Program-made: the position numbers and the translations under genes | In this document: positions 1 to 8,399 of the stretch, one piece after another | Layout: each line of letters starts with the position of its first letter | Position numbering within the stretch: position 1 is the stretch's first letter | The notes under the pieces: generated by a model | The model's input: the letters and a program-made list of their open reading frames with translations, nothing else | What the model was told of the DNA's origin: nothing | Database searches by the model: none | Source of the DNA: a virus | Lineage: Duplodnaviria > Caudoviricetes | Length of the DNA stretch: 64,000 bases | Reading direction: 5' to 3' (one strand) | IMG/VR virus record: IMGVR_UViG_2508501124_000001 | Coordinates: 5,277 to 69,276 of that record

Positions 1-49
1 GGACGGCATTCGGGTCTTTCGTAAGAACAGCGACTGAAGCGGAAGCCAT
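1..49 (-). CDS. 5' end of small phage protein (MASASVAVLTKDPNAV...), KDPxxxLDY-type virion adaptor family
   Basis: ATG at 49 with GGAG upstream; KDPNAV motif; runs off window. Confidence 0.55.
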   Translation of the reverse strand, partial: MASASVAVLTKDPNAV

Positions 50-83
50 CGAAGGCGCTCCAAGGTAAAACCGCACGCGGGGA

Positions 84-1676
84 TCAGGCTGCGATTTTTA
101 TGATTCGCCTTTCAGCGGCGAGGGAAGCGATGCGTTTTTCAGAGGACGTGCTGACCGTGCGACGCTCTGCATGGATCGGGCGGATGCGACTTTCGGAGGT
201 GATGCGTACCGTGAGATTGTCGGCATAGACCGAAAACGACAGCGGCGGGGCAGTGATGATGGCGCCAACATGGCCGCTTGCGTTACTAATGTCCGGCTGT
301 TGCGCGCTTGCTGCTGTACCGCTAACTGGCGCCAGGATGCCTCCTGAACCAGCAGATGCGCCAGGGCTCTGAGTGTCAGTGGCGGACCCCGTAACGCTGA
401 CTGCGCCCGCCCCGACCGCAGTGTTTTGTGCCTGCGTTGCGCCGGCCAATCCGGACACCGAGACCGCTCCGGAAGCAGTGGAGATGCTACCAATCTGAAT
501 ACTCGCGCCCGATCCACCAATCACGCTGCCAATCGTGGCCGCTGCGCTTGATGCGTTAGCCGTCTGGTTGCTTGATGACGTCCCGATGATGGCTAAGCCA
601 CCGATGGCCGCGCTCGCGTTGGTTTGCTGCGTATCGCTACAACTTCCGGAAATCGAGGCGGTGCCTGATGCTGTTGAGGTATTAGCCGGCTGGCTTGATG
701 CCGCAGTGCCGCTCGTTGCGATGCTGGCCACGCCTGCGGAGGCATTCGCCCCTTGCGACGAAACGCCAGCGCCGTTAATAGAGGTTGCTCCGACTGCCGT
801 CGAGCTGCTGCCTTTCTGGCTCGATGCTGCCGAACCGTTAGTGCTGATTGCTCCGGCTGCCAAGGTTGCATTGCCGGCCTGCATGCTGGATGCAGAGCCT
901 GCGATCGAAACCGATCCTGCGCCAGAATCAGTGTTCGGGTTCTGTGGGTCTGATGCCGAGCCGGAAACGGACGCCGCGCCTGCCGCGGCCGATGTGTTGA
1001 CCAACTGCGTGCTCGCGACCGATCCAGAGGCCTTGACTGAGGCCGCCGTTGACGAGGTATTAGCGCCTTGCGTCGAGGCACCAGAACCCGTGATCGCAGA
1101 CGCACTTGCCAAATACTTAGCGGCACCGATCCACGTATTGCCGCCGCTCTGCAGCGTCTTAACCGTGCATGCAACGGTGAGTGTCTGGCTCGCGGAGTTC
1201 GCCGAGTACGTTAGCGTTGTGCTGAGATATTGCGGATTCCCGGCCCCCGCCGCTGTTGGCGTATGTGTGACTGCGCTCGCGCTACCGTCTGAGAGCGTCG
1301 CGACGAGTTGCGATGCGCAACTATTGCCACCCCAATAGATCGTGACCGTGCGCGATGTCGTATCGGCCGGCAGCGTGAACTGGAAGCCCTGTCCGACAGC
1401 CGGCGTCGTGGCCTGCTCAGCAATACCCTCTGTTACGGCGGTTCCGGTCGCCTGAGGCGTACCACCCGTCCACGTATAGCCGACACCAAAGCTGAATGTG
1501 CCCATCGACACACCCGAGCCAAGCAGGGTCGGCAGGCCGATGGTGGACCCGCCGCCACTCTTCCGGTTGGGCGTGGTCGACGAATGAAACTCGATCCAGT
1601 CCGTTTGTGCCGGCGACGAAAGATTGAAAGTCTCGGTGCCGGCGAGAACGGTTGTCGAACCTGAAAGGCTACCCAT
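84..1676 (-). CDS. Ser/Ala/Gly-rich fibre-like virion protein with about 13 x 21-aa repeats
   Basis: 530-aa ORF; N-terminal beta-rich domain, periodic SxSGSAxxxQxxNxxxAxG repeats, basic C-terminal tail. Confidence 0.7.
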   Translation of the reverse strand: MGSLSGSTTVLAGTETFNLSSPAQTDWIEFHSSTTPNRKSGGGSTIGLPTLLGSGVSMGTFSFGVGYTWTGGTPQATGTAVTEGIAEQATTPAVGQGFQFTLPADTTSRTVTIYWGGNSCASQLVATLSDGSASAVTHTPTAAGAGNPQYLSTTLTYSANSASQTLTVACTVKTLQSGGNTWIGAAKYLASASAITGSGASTQGANTSSTAASVKASGSVASTQLVNTSAAAGAASVSGSASDPQNPNTDSGAGSVSIAGSASSMQAGNATLAAGAISTNGSAASSQKGSSSTAVGATSINGAGVSSQGANASAGVASIATSGTAASSQPANTSTASGTASISGSCSDTQQTNASAAIGGLAIIGTSSSNQTANASSAAATIGSVIGGSGASIQIGSISTASGAVSVSGLAGATQAQNTAVGAGAVSVTGSATDTQSPGASAGSGGILAPVSGTAASAQQPDISNASGHVGAIITAPPLSFSVYADNLTVRITSESRIRPIHAERRTVSTSSEKRIASLAAERRIIKIAA

Positions 1677-1746
1677 GCGCGTCTCTTAGGCGGTTCGTTG
1701 AAATATTTGCGACGCGAATAAACGGAGAATATTCGGTTCGCAAATA

Positions 1747-2211
1747 TCAGGCTGTAGCCATGTCCAGAGCACTCAACCCATGCGCCTTGATGATCGAGAC
1801 GATCTTCTGCCCGTACTGCGGATCGGTTGCATAGCCTGCGGCAGCCACTGCCAGCGCGAACGTTGAACCGCTCGTATAGGCGAAAGCGGGCCGGTAGCGC
1901 GGGTTGTCCATCAAGAATGCTGCATGGTCATCAATGCATGCCTGCCAGCCCGGATACTTGCGCCACTTGGCAGGCACAGTGATCCACTGGCCTTTCAGGA
2001 ATTCACGGGTGTCCATCGTCAGAATGTCGCCGTGCCACGATGGATCTGCCTTTACACCAAACAGGTTGAAGGCTTGCTTCGACAGTGCAGAAGTGCCCCA
2101 TCCGGACTCGAGCGCGCCCTGGGCGATTGAGAAACTAGCTGGAATCTTCGTGGCCTTCGCGGATGCCTTGGCGGCAGGAGAGATTGCGGCGATGAAGTCG
2201 GATGGAGTCAT
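1747..2211 (-). CDS. Endolysin, GH73 glucosaminidase/FlgJ-like muramidase
   Basis: AQGALESGWG, NLFGVKA and YATDPQY motifs. Confidence 0.93.
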   Translation of the reverse strand: MTPSDFIAAISPAAKASAKATKIPASFSIAQGALESGWGTSALSKQAFNLFGVKADPSWHGDILTMDTREFLKGQWITVPAKWRKYPGWQACIDDHAAFLMDNPRYRPAFAYTSGSTFALAVAAAGYATDPQYGQKIVSIIKAHGLSALDMATA

Positions 2212-2537
2212 TTGTCGGCCTTCGTGTCGATGCGCCGGTGGATCTCCGCGAAGCCTTCGCGGGTTTCCTTCGAGTTCTGGTTGACCGCCTCAATCAGACG
2301 TTCGATGGACTTCTCAAGGCTGCCTACGGCCTTCGTCAATTCGGTCTGCGTGACGTAGTGCTCTGCGACGTGGAGCTTGTAGGCGCTCAGAGCGTCCGTG
2401 ACAGACTTGATCGCGTCCCCCTGATCCTTAATCGTCTTGTCGCGCGCGGATTCGGAGCGCTGCCACAACCATCCAAAGACACCGCTAACTGCAGCAAATC
2501 CTGCGCACCCGACTTCAACAACGGCGGTGTAGTCCAT
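2208..2537 (-). CDS. Putative holin/antiholin-like protein (one TM + coiled coil)
   Basis: Directly upstream of and overlapping the endolysin; N-terminal hydrophobic segment; start reassigned to MDYTAVV. Confidence 0.55.
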   Translation of the reverse strand: MDYTAVVEVGCAGFAAVSGVFGWLWQRSESARDKTIKDQGDAIKSVTDALSAYKLHVAEHYVTQTELTKAVGSLEKSIERLIEAVNQNSKETREGFAEIHRRIDTKADK

Positions 2538-2552
2538 TCGAATCCCGGAAAT

Positions 2553-2574
2553 AAAAAGCCCTCCGAGGGAGGGC
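2553..2574 (-). terminator. Intrinsic terminator-like hairpin
   Basis: GCCCTC/GAGGGC stem followed by T-run on the minus strand. Confidence 0.6.
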
Positions 2575-2595
2575 GTAGGTCGTGTGAAATTGTTG

Positions 2596-2624
2596 TTGAC
2601 AGCGTACCCGATGGGTACCATAAT
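2596..2624 (+). promoter_or_regulatory. Sigma70 promoter with inverted-repeat operator in the spacer
   Basis: TTGACA-17 bp-CATAAT; spacer contains GTACCC-gat-GGGTAC (2604-2618). Confidence 0.85.
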
Positions 2625-2728
2625 CCGCATCACTGAGCCGCGCATTTCGTGTGGTTCGCTACTCCGAAAGGAACGACCTCAAATGAAGAAATCTCTTCGT
2701 GCGCACTTGTGCGCCTCTGGAACCGCCA

Positions 2729-3025
2729 ATGAATTACAAGCCGCCCATCCCAGAAGACCTGGAAAGGCTGAAGAACGACCTGGGCAAGAGCAGCGGCGAA
2801 ATGGCCGAGTTGTTCGGGCTTGCCAGCGGACGCCAGTGGCGTCGGTATCTGTCGACGGACGCGAGCAACAAGCGGGACATGGGCATGCACATGCTCTTCT
2901 TCGCGATAGCTCGACTGGAGCTCCCCCCAGAAGACATCGAGCGCGTCTTGGATCGCATGCGCAAAGTCGGCGCGTCGGTGGATCTATCGGAGACCACTGG
3001 AGAAGAGGACTCGTCGCAGCCCTGA
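2729..3025 (+). CDS. HTH transcriptional regulator, Aca1/KorC-like
   Basis: PxPxxLxxL...GxS..MAELFGLASGRQWRRYLS HTH pattern; start MNYKPP. Confidence 0.75.
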   Translation: MNYKPPIPEDLERLKNDLGKSSGEMAELFGLASGRQWRRYLSTDASNKRDMGMHMLFFAIARLELPPEDIERVLDRMRKVGASVDLSETTGEEDSSQP

Positions 3026-3843
3026 CTGCTTGCCTAGCGGCTTGCGGCGGTAGCGAGAAGCCACCCGAACAGGCTGTAGCGAAAGCGGTCGGTCCTGCGG
3101 TCATCGTGCCAGCGTCTGTAGCTTCGGATGCATCGGCGCCAGTGGCCGCATCAACGCCCGTTGCGCCAGCCACAGCATCGGAGCCAGCGGCATCCGCTCC
3201 GGTCTCAGCGTCTGCTCCTGAGCCTGCATCGACGCCGGTCCTGAAAATCGCCGTGTTCGGTGATGACGAGGTCGCAGGGATCGCGATCACGCCATACGGC
3301 ATGCCGTCACTCGTCACGCCGACCGAACAAGCCAATCTGCAATCGGCGCTTCAGTCGCAGTTCAACGACACCGGCATCACAGTCTCGAACAATGCGACTG
3401 GCGGCACCTCGAGCAGCCTGCAAAACGAAATGGACGGGATGGATGGCGGCGGAGCAGGAGAGCCGCAGCGCATGATCGCGTCCGGAGCCGGCATCGTCAT
3501 TCAGGAGCACATGCTGAACGACGCACTAGGCGGAGAAACGGTTGACCAATATTCCGGCTATCTCACGCAGTGGGTCGAAGATGCAAGGGCAGCCGGATTG
3601 ACGCCAGTTCTGGAAGAAAGCGGACCTGTTTGCGATGGCAATCATCCGCAGCTTGCCAGTTACGTCGATGCGATGAACGACGTCGGAAGAAGACTCAGCG
3701 TCCCCGTCATTCATCAGTTTTCGCATATCCAAGGCATTGTCGGCTGGCAGGCTCACATGACGAGTTGCTTGTATCCCGATGCAACGCTGCTTGCCGCCAA
3801 AGCTCAACAGGAACTGGCAGTCATTGCGCCGCTAGTTCATTAG
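2998..3843 (+). CDS. SGNH/GDSL-fold lipoprotein with degenerate catalytic motifs; start uncertain
   Basis: Lipobox LAAC (Cys codon 3043), Ala/Pro/Ser linker, KIAVFGDD, NxATGG, MLND, CLYP blocks; no canonical start near the signal peptide, frame is open from ATG 2683. Confidence 0.65.
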   Translation, partial: WRRGLVAALTACLAACGGSEKPPEQAVAKAVGPAVIVPASVASDASAPVAASTPVAPATASEPAASAPVSASAPEPASTPVLKIAVFGDDEVAGIAITPYGMPSLVTPTEQANLQSALQSQFNDTGITVSNNATGGTSSSLQNEMDGMDGGGAGEPQRMIASGAGIVIQEHMLNDALGGETVDQYSGYLTQWVEDARAAGLTPVLEESGPVCDGNHPQLASYVDAMNDVGRRLSVPVIHQFSHIQGIVGWQAHMTSCLYPDATLLAAKAQQELAVIAPLVH

Positions 3844-3859
3844 GTCATTTCTGACCGCT

Positions 3860-3878
3860 CCGCAAATTGCGGTAGAAT
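3860..3878 (+). promoter_or_regulatory. Possible promoter (-10 TAGAAT) with adjacent palindrome upstream of the glycosyltransferase
   Basis: CCGCAA-A-TTGCGG then TAGAAT; -35 weak. Confidence 0.3.
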
Positions 3879-3904
3879 CCGCGCGATCCGTCCGAGGAAT
3901 AATC

Positions 3905-4936
3905 ATGAGCCAGATATCAGAACGAAAGAATCGGCCGACTGTAGCGGTAATCATCCCGTTCTACAACGGAGCAGATTGGGTCGAACGCGCGATCAAGAGT
4001 GTGATGGAGCAAACTGTCCAGCCGAACGAATTCATCATCGTCAACGATGGATCGAAGCCTGAGGAGCGTTCAGCCCTCGGCAGGCTGGCTGAGCAGTATC
4101 CATTTAGCATTATCGACAAGGAAAACGGCGGCCAGGGGTCGGCGCGCAATGTTGGCGTCGCCGCCTCTACATCGGACTTCATTTCCCTTCTTGACCAGGA
4201 TGATTACTATTTCCCGGATCACATCCGCGACCTGGTCGACGCGATCCCTGAGTCAGACTCCCGACTCGGATTCGTTTATGCCGATCTATGCGCCGCAGAT
4301 GGCCCTGGCAACATCATGCATTCCAATATGCTGCGTCAGCAGCCCGGGATGCACCCCAAGCAAGGGCATATTGCAGATTTGCTGCGCCGCGATCTATTCA
4401 TCCTTCCGTCCGCCGCTCTGATACGGCGTACAGCTTTTGATGCGGTGGGCGGCTTCGATGAGCAGTTCATGGGGTACGAGGACGACGATTTATTCCTACG
4501 GATGTTCCGCGCAGGCTTCACGAATCACTTCCTCGACAAGCCGGTGACGGCTTGGTGCCAGCACACCGGGTCAACGTCATGGTCTGTCAAGATGTCTCGC
4601 AGCCGATGGCGGTATTTCAAGAAGCTCGTCGCGTCATTCCCGGATGATTATTTTACGAAGGTTTATTTCTTTCGCGATTGTCTTGTACCGCGCTTCGGCC
4701 ACGAATTTGTGAGGGAAGCTGCAAAGGCTGTTAAAACGTCATCGCCAAATCAGGACGAGCTTGTACAAATTCTGGTCGAGTATTCGGAAATCGTCTCGGC
4801 AAGTTCGAGCATAGACCGTCGTTACAAAAAACGCATCCGCTTGATGGCGTGGGCTCTTTCTTCGTGCCCGCGTGGACTGCTTCTGGTGGCCCGAAAAATG
4901 ACGGGGCTGCCCCTGGTTGGAAGATTCGTTGCCTGA
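3905..4936 (+). CDS. Glycosyltransferase family 2 (moron)
   Basis: VIIPFYN, IVNDGS, NGGQGSARNVG, LLDQDD, GGFDE..GYEDDDL motifs. Confidence 0.93.
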   Translation: MSQISERKNRPTVAVIIPFYNGADWVERAIKSVMEQTVQPNEFIIVNDGSKPEERSALGRLAEQYPFSIIDKENGGQGSARNVGVAASTSDFISLLDQDDYYFPDHIRDLVDAIPESDSRLGFVYADLCAADGPGNIMHSNMLRQQPGMHPKQGHIADLLRRDLFILPSAALIRRTAFDAVGGFDEQFMGYEDDDLFLRMFRAGFTNHFLDKPVTAWCQHTGSTSWSVKMSRSRWRYFKKLVASFPDDYFTKVYFFRDCLVPRFGHEFVREAAKAVKTSSPNQDELVQILVEYSEIVSASSSIDRRYKKRIRLMAWALSSCPRGLLLVARKMTGLPLVGRFVA

Positions 4937-4977
4937 CACGCGGTACGACCACACATCAAGAAGAAAGGAAAACCAAG

Positions 4978-5199
4978 ATGCTGACCTTAGACGAAATGGT
5001 GAAAGAACTGGGAACCGTGACGATTCGTCACAGCGCAGGGATGTACCACGCAAATGCAGTCGGAATGATTAGTTGCGGGGATGCCAATAGCAGCGATTCC
5101 ATCTCAGGCGCAGTCTGGAACGCCCTCAACCTGAAACGATCGCATGAGAGGGCCGCGCCGGACGCCGGGTATCCCATCGAATCGTCCGCTAACCTGTGA
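4978..5199 (+). CDS. Hypothetical protein, 73 aa
   Basis: AAGGA RBS; ORF MLTLDEMVKELG. Confidence 0.5.
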   Translation: MLTLDEMVKELGTVTIRHSAGMYHANAVGMISCGDANSSDSISGAVWNALNLKRSHERAAPDAGYPIESSANL

Positions 5200-5282
5200 C
5201 GGGAAGGTATTGGCGATATTCCGATCGCGGCCTTCGTCCTAACGAGCCGGGCTGCCTGTCGTCTGTAGACTCGTCGTCTGAT

Positions 5283-7307
5283 TTACTGCGAACCACCACC
5301 AACCGTGTTGCCGGTGCCATTATTGCTGACGTTCGTGTTGTTGTTGAAGTAAGCATTCGACTGAACGTTCACACCGGAGGCGTTAGTATCCAGATAAATC
5401 GCCGGAGCCATATATCGGAACACGTTTCCGGTAATCACGCCGCCCACGCCCGAGGTGTTGTTGACATATATGCCCTGTGCACTACCCTGCGTCGGAGCGT
5501 TGACATTCTGAAACGTATTCCCGATGTACGAGAACAACACGGCAGCGCTGTTGTAAATCCCGACATTTCCAGCCGTGTTGAATAGGATGAAGAGATTGTG
5601 CGACACCATTAGATTCTGGTACTGCGACAGGATGCGGACACCAACCAGGGATGCAAACTGGCTATTGGAAATAGTCAGCTGGTCCATCCCAGTCTCACCG
5701 GTCGGGACATAAATACCCGAATAACTTTGCGCGGTGAAGTTGCACTGATTGACCGTTACCCCTTGCGTGTACGTGCCCAGAATCAGGCCGTTCGCCATAG
5801 AGTAGAAATTGCTCTCGGCGAAGTTGTACTGCACGCCGGGTGCGGTGCTCGTACTGTTGATCGTTACTCCCGTTCCCAACTGAGCAGTGCTTCCGATGAT
5901 GTTCATCCCCCGGAAGTTCACATTGGAAACCTGATTCAGTACGATCCCGTTGGCCCAATAGTTTGCCTGAAAGTAACCATCCGATCCGCGAATCGTGACA
6001 TTCGTGATATCAGATAGTGCTGTAGAAGCAGGGTTGGGGATCGTTCCCGTAACCTGTGATGCAACAATGGCAGCGCCTACAGCACCAGCCCCCGTCGTAG
6101 TCAGGGCAAGGTCACGGATATGGAAGGCCGTGGCAGTTCCGGAGGACGACGACGAACCTTGCAGCGATAGGGCAATGCCGTTAACTCCTGACGCGAACTG
6201 CAATTCAGTAGAATCAGCACCGGCTCCCAGAATGCTGATGGAGCCTGCCGACGACGGAAACGTGTATGAAAACTGGCTAGTGAATTTCCACAGCCCCGGA
6301 CCAAAGTAGATGCAGGCTTTACTGGTCGGAGACGCCGCAATAGCCGCGGCCGCAGCCGTCGAATTGTCGCGAACGCCCGTATTGTCACCGCCGAATTCGG
6401 CAACATTCTCGCAATCGCTAGGAACAACGCCCTTTCCCGTTGAGGTGACGTACCACCCGTTCCCTGATCCGTTTGAGACAACGGTGATAGTCCTTCCCGG
6501 GGGAACATATAAGGTATTGGCTGATCCACTGGCAGCATTGATGATGACTTCGGCGGCATTGCCTTTGATAGTCCCGCCCGTAACGCCCCCCATGAAAGTC
6601 ATGGTGGCACCAAAGGACACGCTGGACAGCGCGGGAAGCGTGGCAATGGCCGCATTAGCCTGAAACTGCGCCGTACCACCCAATTGGGAGGTTGTCAGCG
6701 TCGTATTGGCCGAAATTGCAATGATGTTCGACTGCTGATACGCGAAGCCCTTCGATGCCAGGAAAGCAGTAGTTGCCACTTTCGTGGAGTTGTCGCCAGC
6801 GCTCGGCGTGGGCGCAGTGGCCGAGGTCGAAGCAGCGAAGGTTGTGGTCGTAACGCCCTGCGCCGAAATAGCGCCAGTAAATGTAGCGCCGGTCAGAGAT
6901 GCCGAATTCGTGTAGCAGGTAAATCCCGTTCCGCTTGTCCATTGCAGCGCGCTCGTAGATGTCGAGCAGGACGGCATTGCGAAAGCAGTGGGCGATGCGC
7001 TAGACCCCGTTGCGTTTGCAATAACGCTATTCGCCGCCTGCGCCGCCAGAGACGAAATCGTGACGAGGCCGGTTGCGGTAAAACTGCCGGTGAACGTCGG
7101 TGAGGCAATCGTTGGCGTAGTCAGTGCAGGCGAATTGGACAACACCACAGAGCCAGTCCCCGTAGACGTAGACGCGCCCGTACCGCCATTTTCCGGCGCA
7201 AGTGGGTTTTGCAGCGTCAATGAATTAAACGTCGGCGACGGGTATGTCTGCGCCAGCGCCGGAAATGCCAGCAATGCTGCCGAAAGCGCGGTGATGAGCT
7301 TTTTCAT
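5283..7307 (-). CDS. Tail fibre/tailspike with C-terminal pectate-lyase-like beta-helix; carries N-terminal signal peptide
   Basis: NVAEFGGDNTGVRDNSTA..A..IYFGPG start of beta-helix; KVATTAF fibre motif; MKKLITALSAALLAFPALA-Q. Confidence 0.8.
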   Translation of the reverse strand: MKKLITALSAALLAFPALAQTYPSPTFNSLTLQNPLAPENGGTGASTSTGTGSVVLSNSPALTTPTIASPTFTGSFTATGLVTISSLAAQAANSVIANATGSSASPTAFAMPSCSTSTSALQWTSGTGFTCYTNSASLTGATFTGAISAQGVTTTTFAASTSATAPTPSAGDNSTKVATTAFLASKGFAYQQSNIIAISANTTLTTSQLGGTAQFQANAAIATLPALSSVSFGATMTFMGGVTGGTIKGNAAEVIINAASGSANTLYVPPGRTITVVSNGSGNGWYVTSTGKGVVPSDCENVAEFGGDNTGVRDNSTAAAAAIAASPTSKACIYFGPGLWKFTSQFSYTFPSSAGSISILGAGADSTELQFASGVNGIALSLQGSSSSSGTATAFHIRDLALTTTGAGAVGAAIVASQVTGTIPNPASTALSDITNVTIRGSDGYFQANYWANGIVLNQVSNVNFRGMNIIGSTAQLGTGVTINSTSTAPGVQYNFAESNFYSMANGLILGTYTQGVTVNQCNFTAQSYSGIYVPTGETGMDQLTISNSQFASLVGVRILSQYQNLMVSHNLFILFNTAGNVGIYNSAAVLFSYIGNTFQNVNAPTQGSAQGIYVNNTSGVGGVITGNVFRYMAPAIYLDTNASGVNVQSNAYFNNNTNVSNNGTGNTVGGGSQ

Positions 7308-7323
7308 TTATGAGCGCACAAAT

Positions 7324-7345
7324 AAAAAACCGCCCGGAGGCGGCT
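7324..7345 (-). terminator. Intrinsic terminator-like hairpin
   Basis: CCGCC/GGCGG stem plus T-run on the minus strand. Confidence 0.6.
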
Positions 7346-7366
7346 TATATTGATCTGGTTTGAATG

Positions 7367-7579
7367 TCAGGAGATTGAAACAACACCACTGTTGTTCCAG
7401 ACGACTCCCGTCGAACCTGGCTGAGTGGTAGGTAATCCCGCCGCCCAGGCAGTCGAACTCAAGATTGACGCCAGATGAGAAAGTGGCATCGAGCACTGGG
7501 CTAGTTGACCGTTTTGCATCTGGTAAATCGTGACAAGTTCATCACCATTAATCGGTTGCGGTAAACCATATACGTGCAT
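7367..7579 (-). CDS. Small tail/fibre-associated protein, 70 aa
   Basis: Start MHVYGLPQP; C-terminal LPTTQP..GVVWNNSG motif shared with 8396-9298. Confidence 0.65.
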   Translation of the reverse strand: MHVYGLPQPINGDELVTIYQMQNGQLAQCSMPLSHLASILSSTAWAAGLPTTQPGSTGVVWNNSGVVSIS

Positions 7580-7580
7580 G

Positions 7581-8399
7581 TCAGAATCCAATGGCGAGAT
7601 ACACCAGCGCGAACGTGCCGGACGATTGCGTATAGAGGGACAACTGGACCTGTGATAGACCGGAAGGCGTGGCGGAAGGCGTTCCCTGAATCGGAGGAGA
7701 AATCCCGCCAAAGCTGGCTATGTCCCATAAATGCGAATTGGGAAACGGTATTGGCAAGTTGAACGTGCTGGACGTATTACCGATCCCGGATGAAACAAGT
7801 GCCGCCGTGCCATACTGGACAACCAGATTCCGCTTCGTGCCGGCGATGATGACGGGAATCTCGAAATATCCGGTGCCGCCGAGTGAGGCGACGAACTGAC
7901 CGAGATTCACCGCATTTGTGGCTTCGGTAGGAGGTGCCACGTCGAATTGCTGCGTCGCCATGCCGGCCAGCAATGCAAACGTTGCATCGGCCTGTCCAAG
8001 CGTGATCGCCTGCCCAGAAGAAGCGGCGTTTCCAACTGCAACCGGATTGCTGAAAGTGTTATTTCCAGACCATGTGTTGTTATCCGCAAGTTGACCAAAA
8101 GACATTTGTTGGCCTGCGGTAGGCGGGCTGAATGCGAAGTCTCCGGTCAACCACGCGAGCGGCGATGTTCCGTCCTGTCCGCGCAATACAGTCAGCGTCG
8201 CGCCAGAAATGGCCGTAGCATAGACAATCTCGTAATTCCCTCGCGTGGCAGCATCGTTCAGCGTGAGAACTAGCGCCTTGCCGGCAGGAATCGATGCCGG
8301 CAGGTTTTGCGTGCTGGATAATGTGATAGTACCTGCGCTATTCGATACCGCCCCCGCCAACGTCGTATTGATGTTGTTGGCAAAAATGAAAATAGTCAT
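7581..8399 (-). CDS. Tail fibre protein (gp53-like C-terminus)
   Basis: Position after the baseplate wedge gene; AVNLGQF repeats; LVVQYGT...LPIPFPN C-terminal domain. Confidence 0.75.
   Translation of the reverse strand: MTIFIFANNINTTLAGAVSNSAGTITLSSTQNLPASIPAGKALVLTLNDAATRGNYEIVYATAISGATLTVLRGQDGTSPLAWLTGDFAFSPPTAGQQMSFGQLADNNTWSGNNTFSNPVAVGNAASSGQAITLGQADATFALLAGMATQQFDVAPPTEATNAVNLGQFVASLGGTGYFEIPVIIAGTKRNLVVQYGTAALVSSGIGNTSSTFNLPIPFPNSHLWDIASFGGISPPIQGTPSATPSGLSQVQLSLYTQSSGTFALVYLAIGF

Noticed and set aside
84-2537. Missing spanins as a sign of a defective prophage
   Set aside because: The late operon continues beyond the left edge, so spanins may lie outside the window
2625-2728. Solitary CRISPR repeat (Racr) in the Aca-like leader
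   Set aside because: Small hairpins are present (GCGCACTTGTGCGC, TCC-GAAA-GGA) but there is no convincing match to type I-C/I-E/I-F repeats as recalled; kept only as a hypothesis
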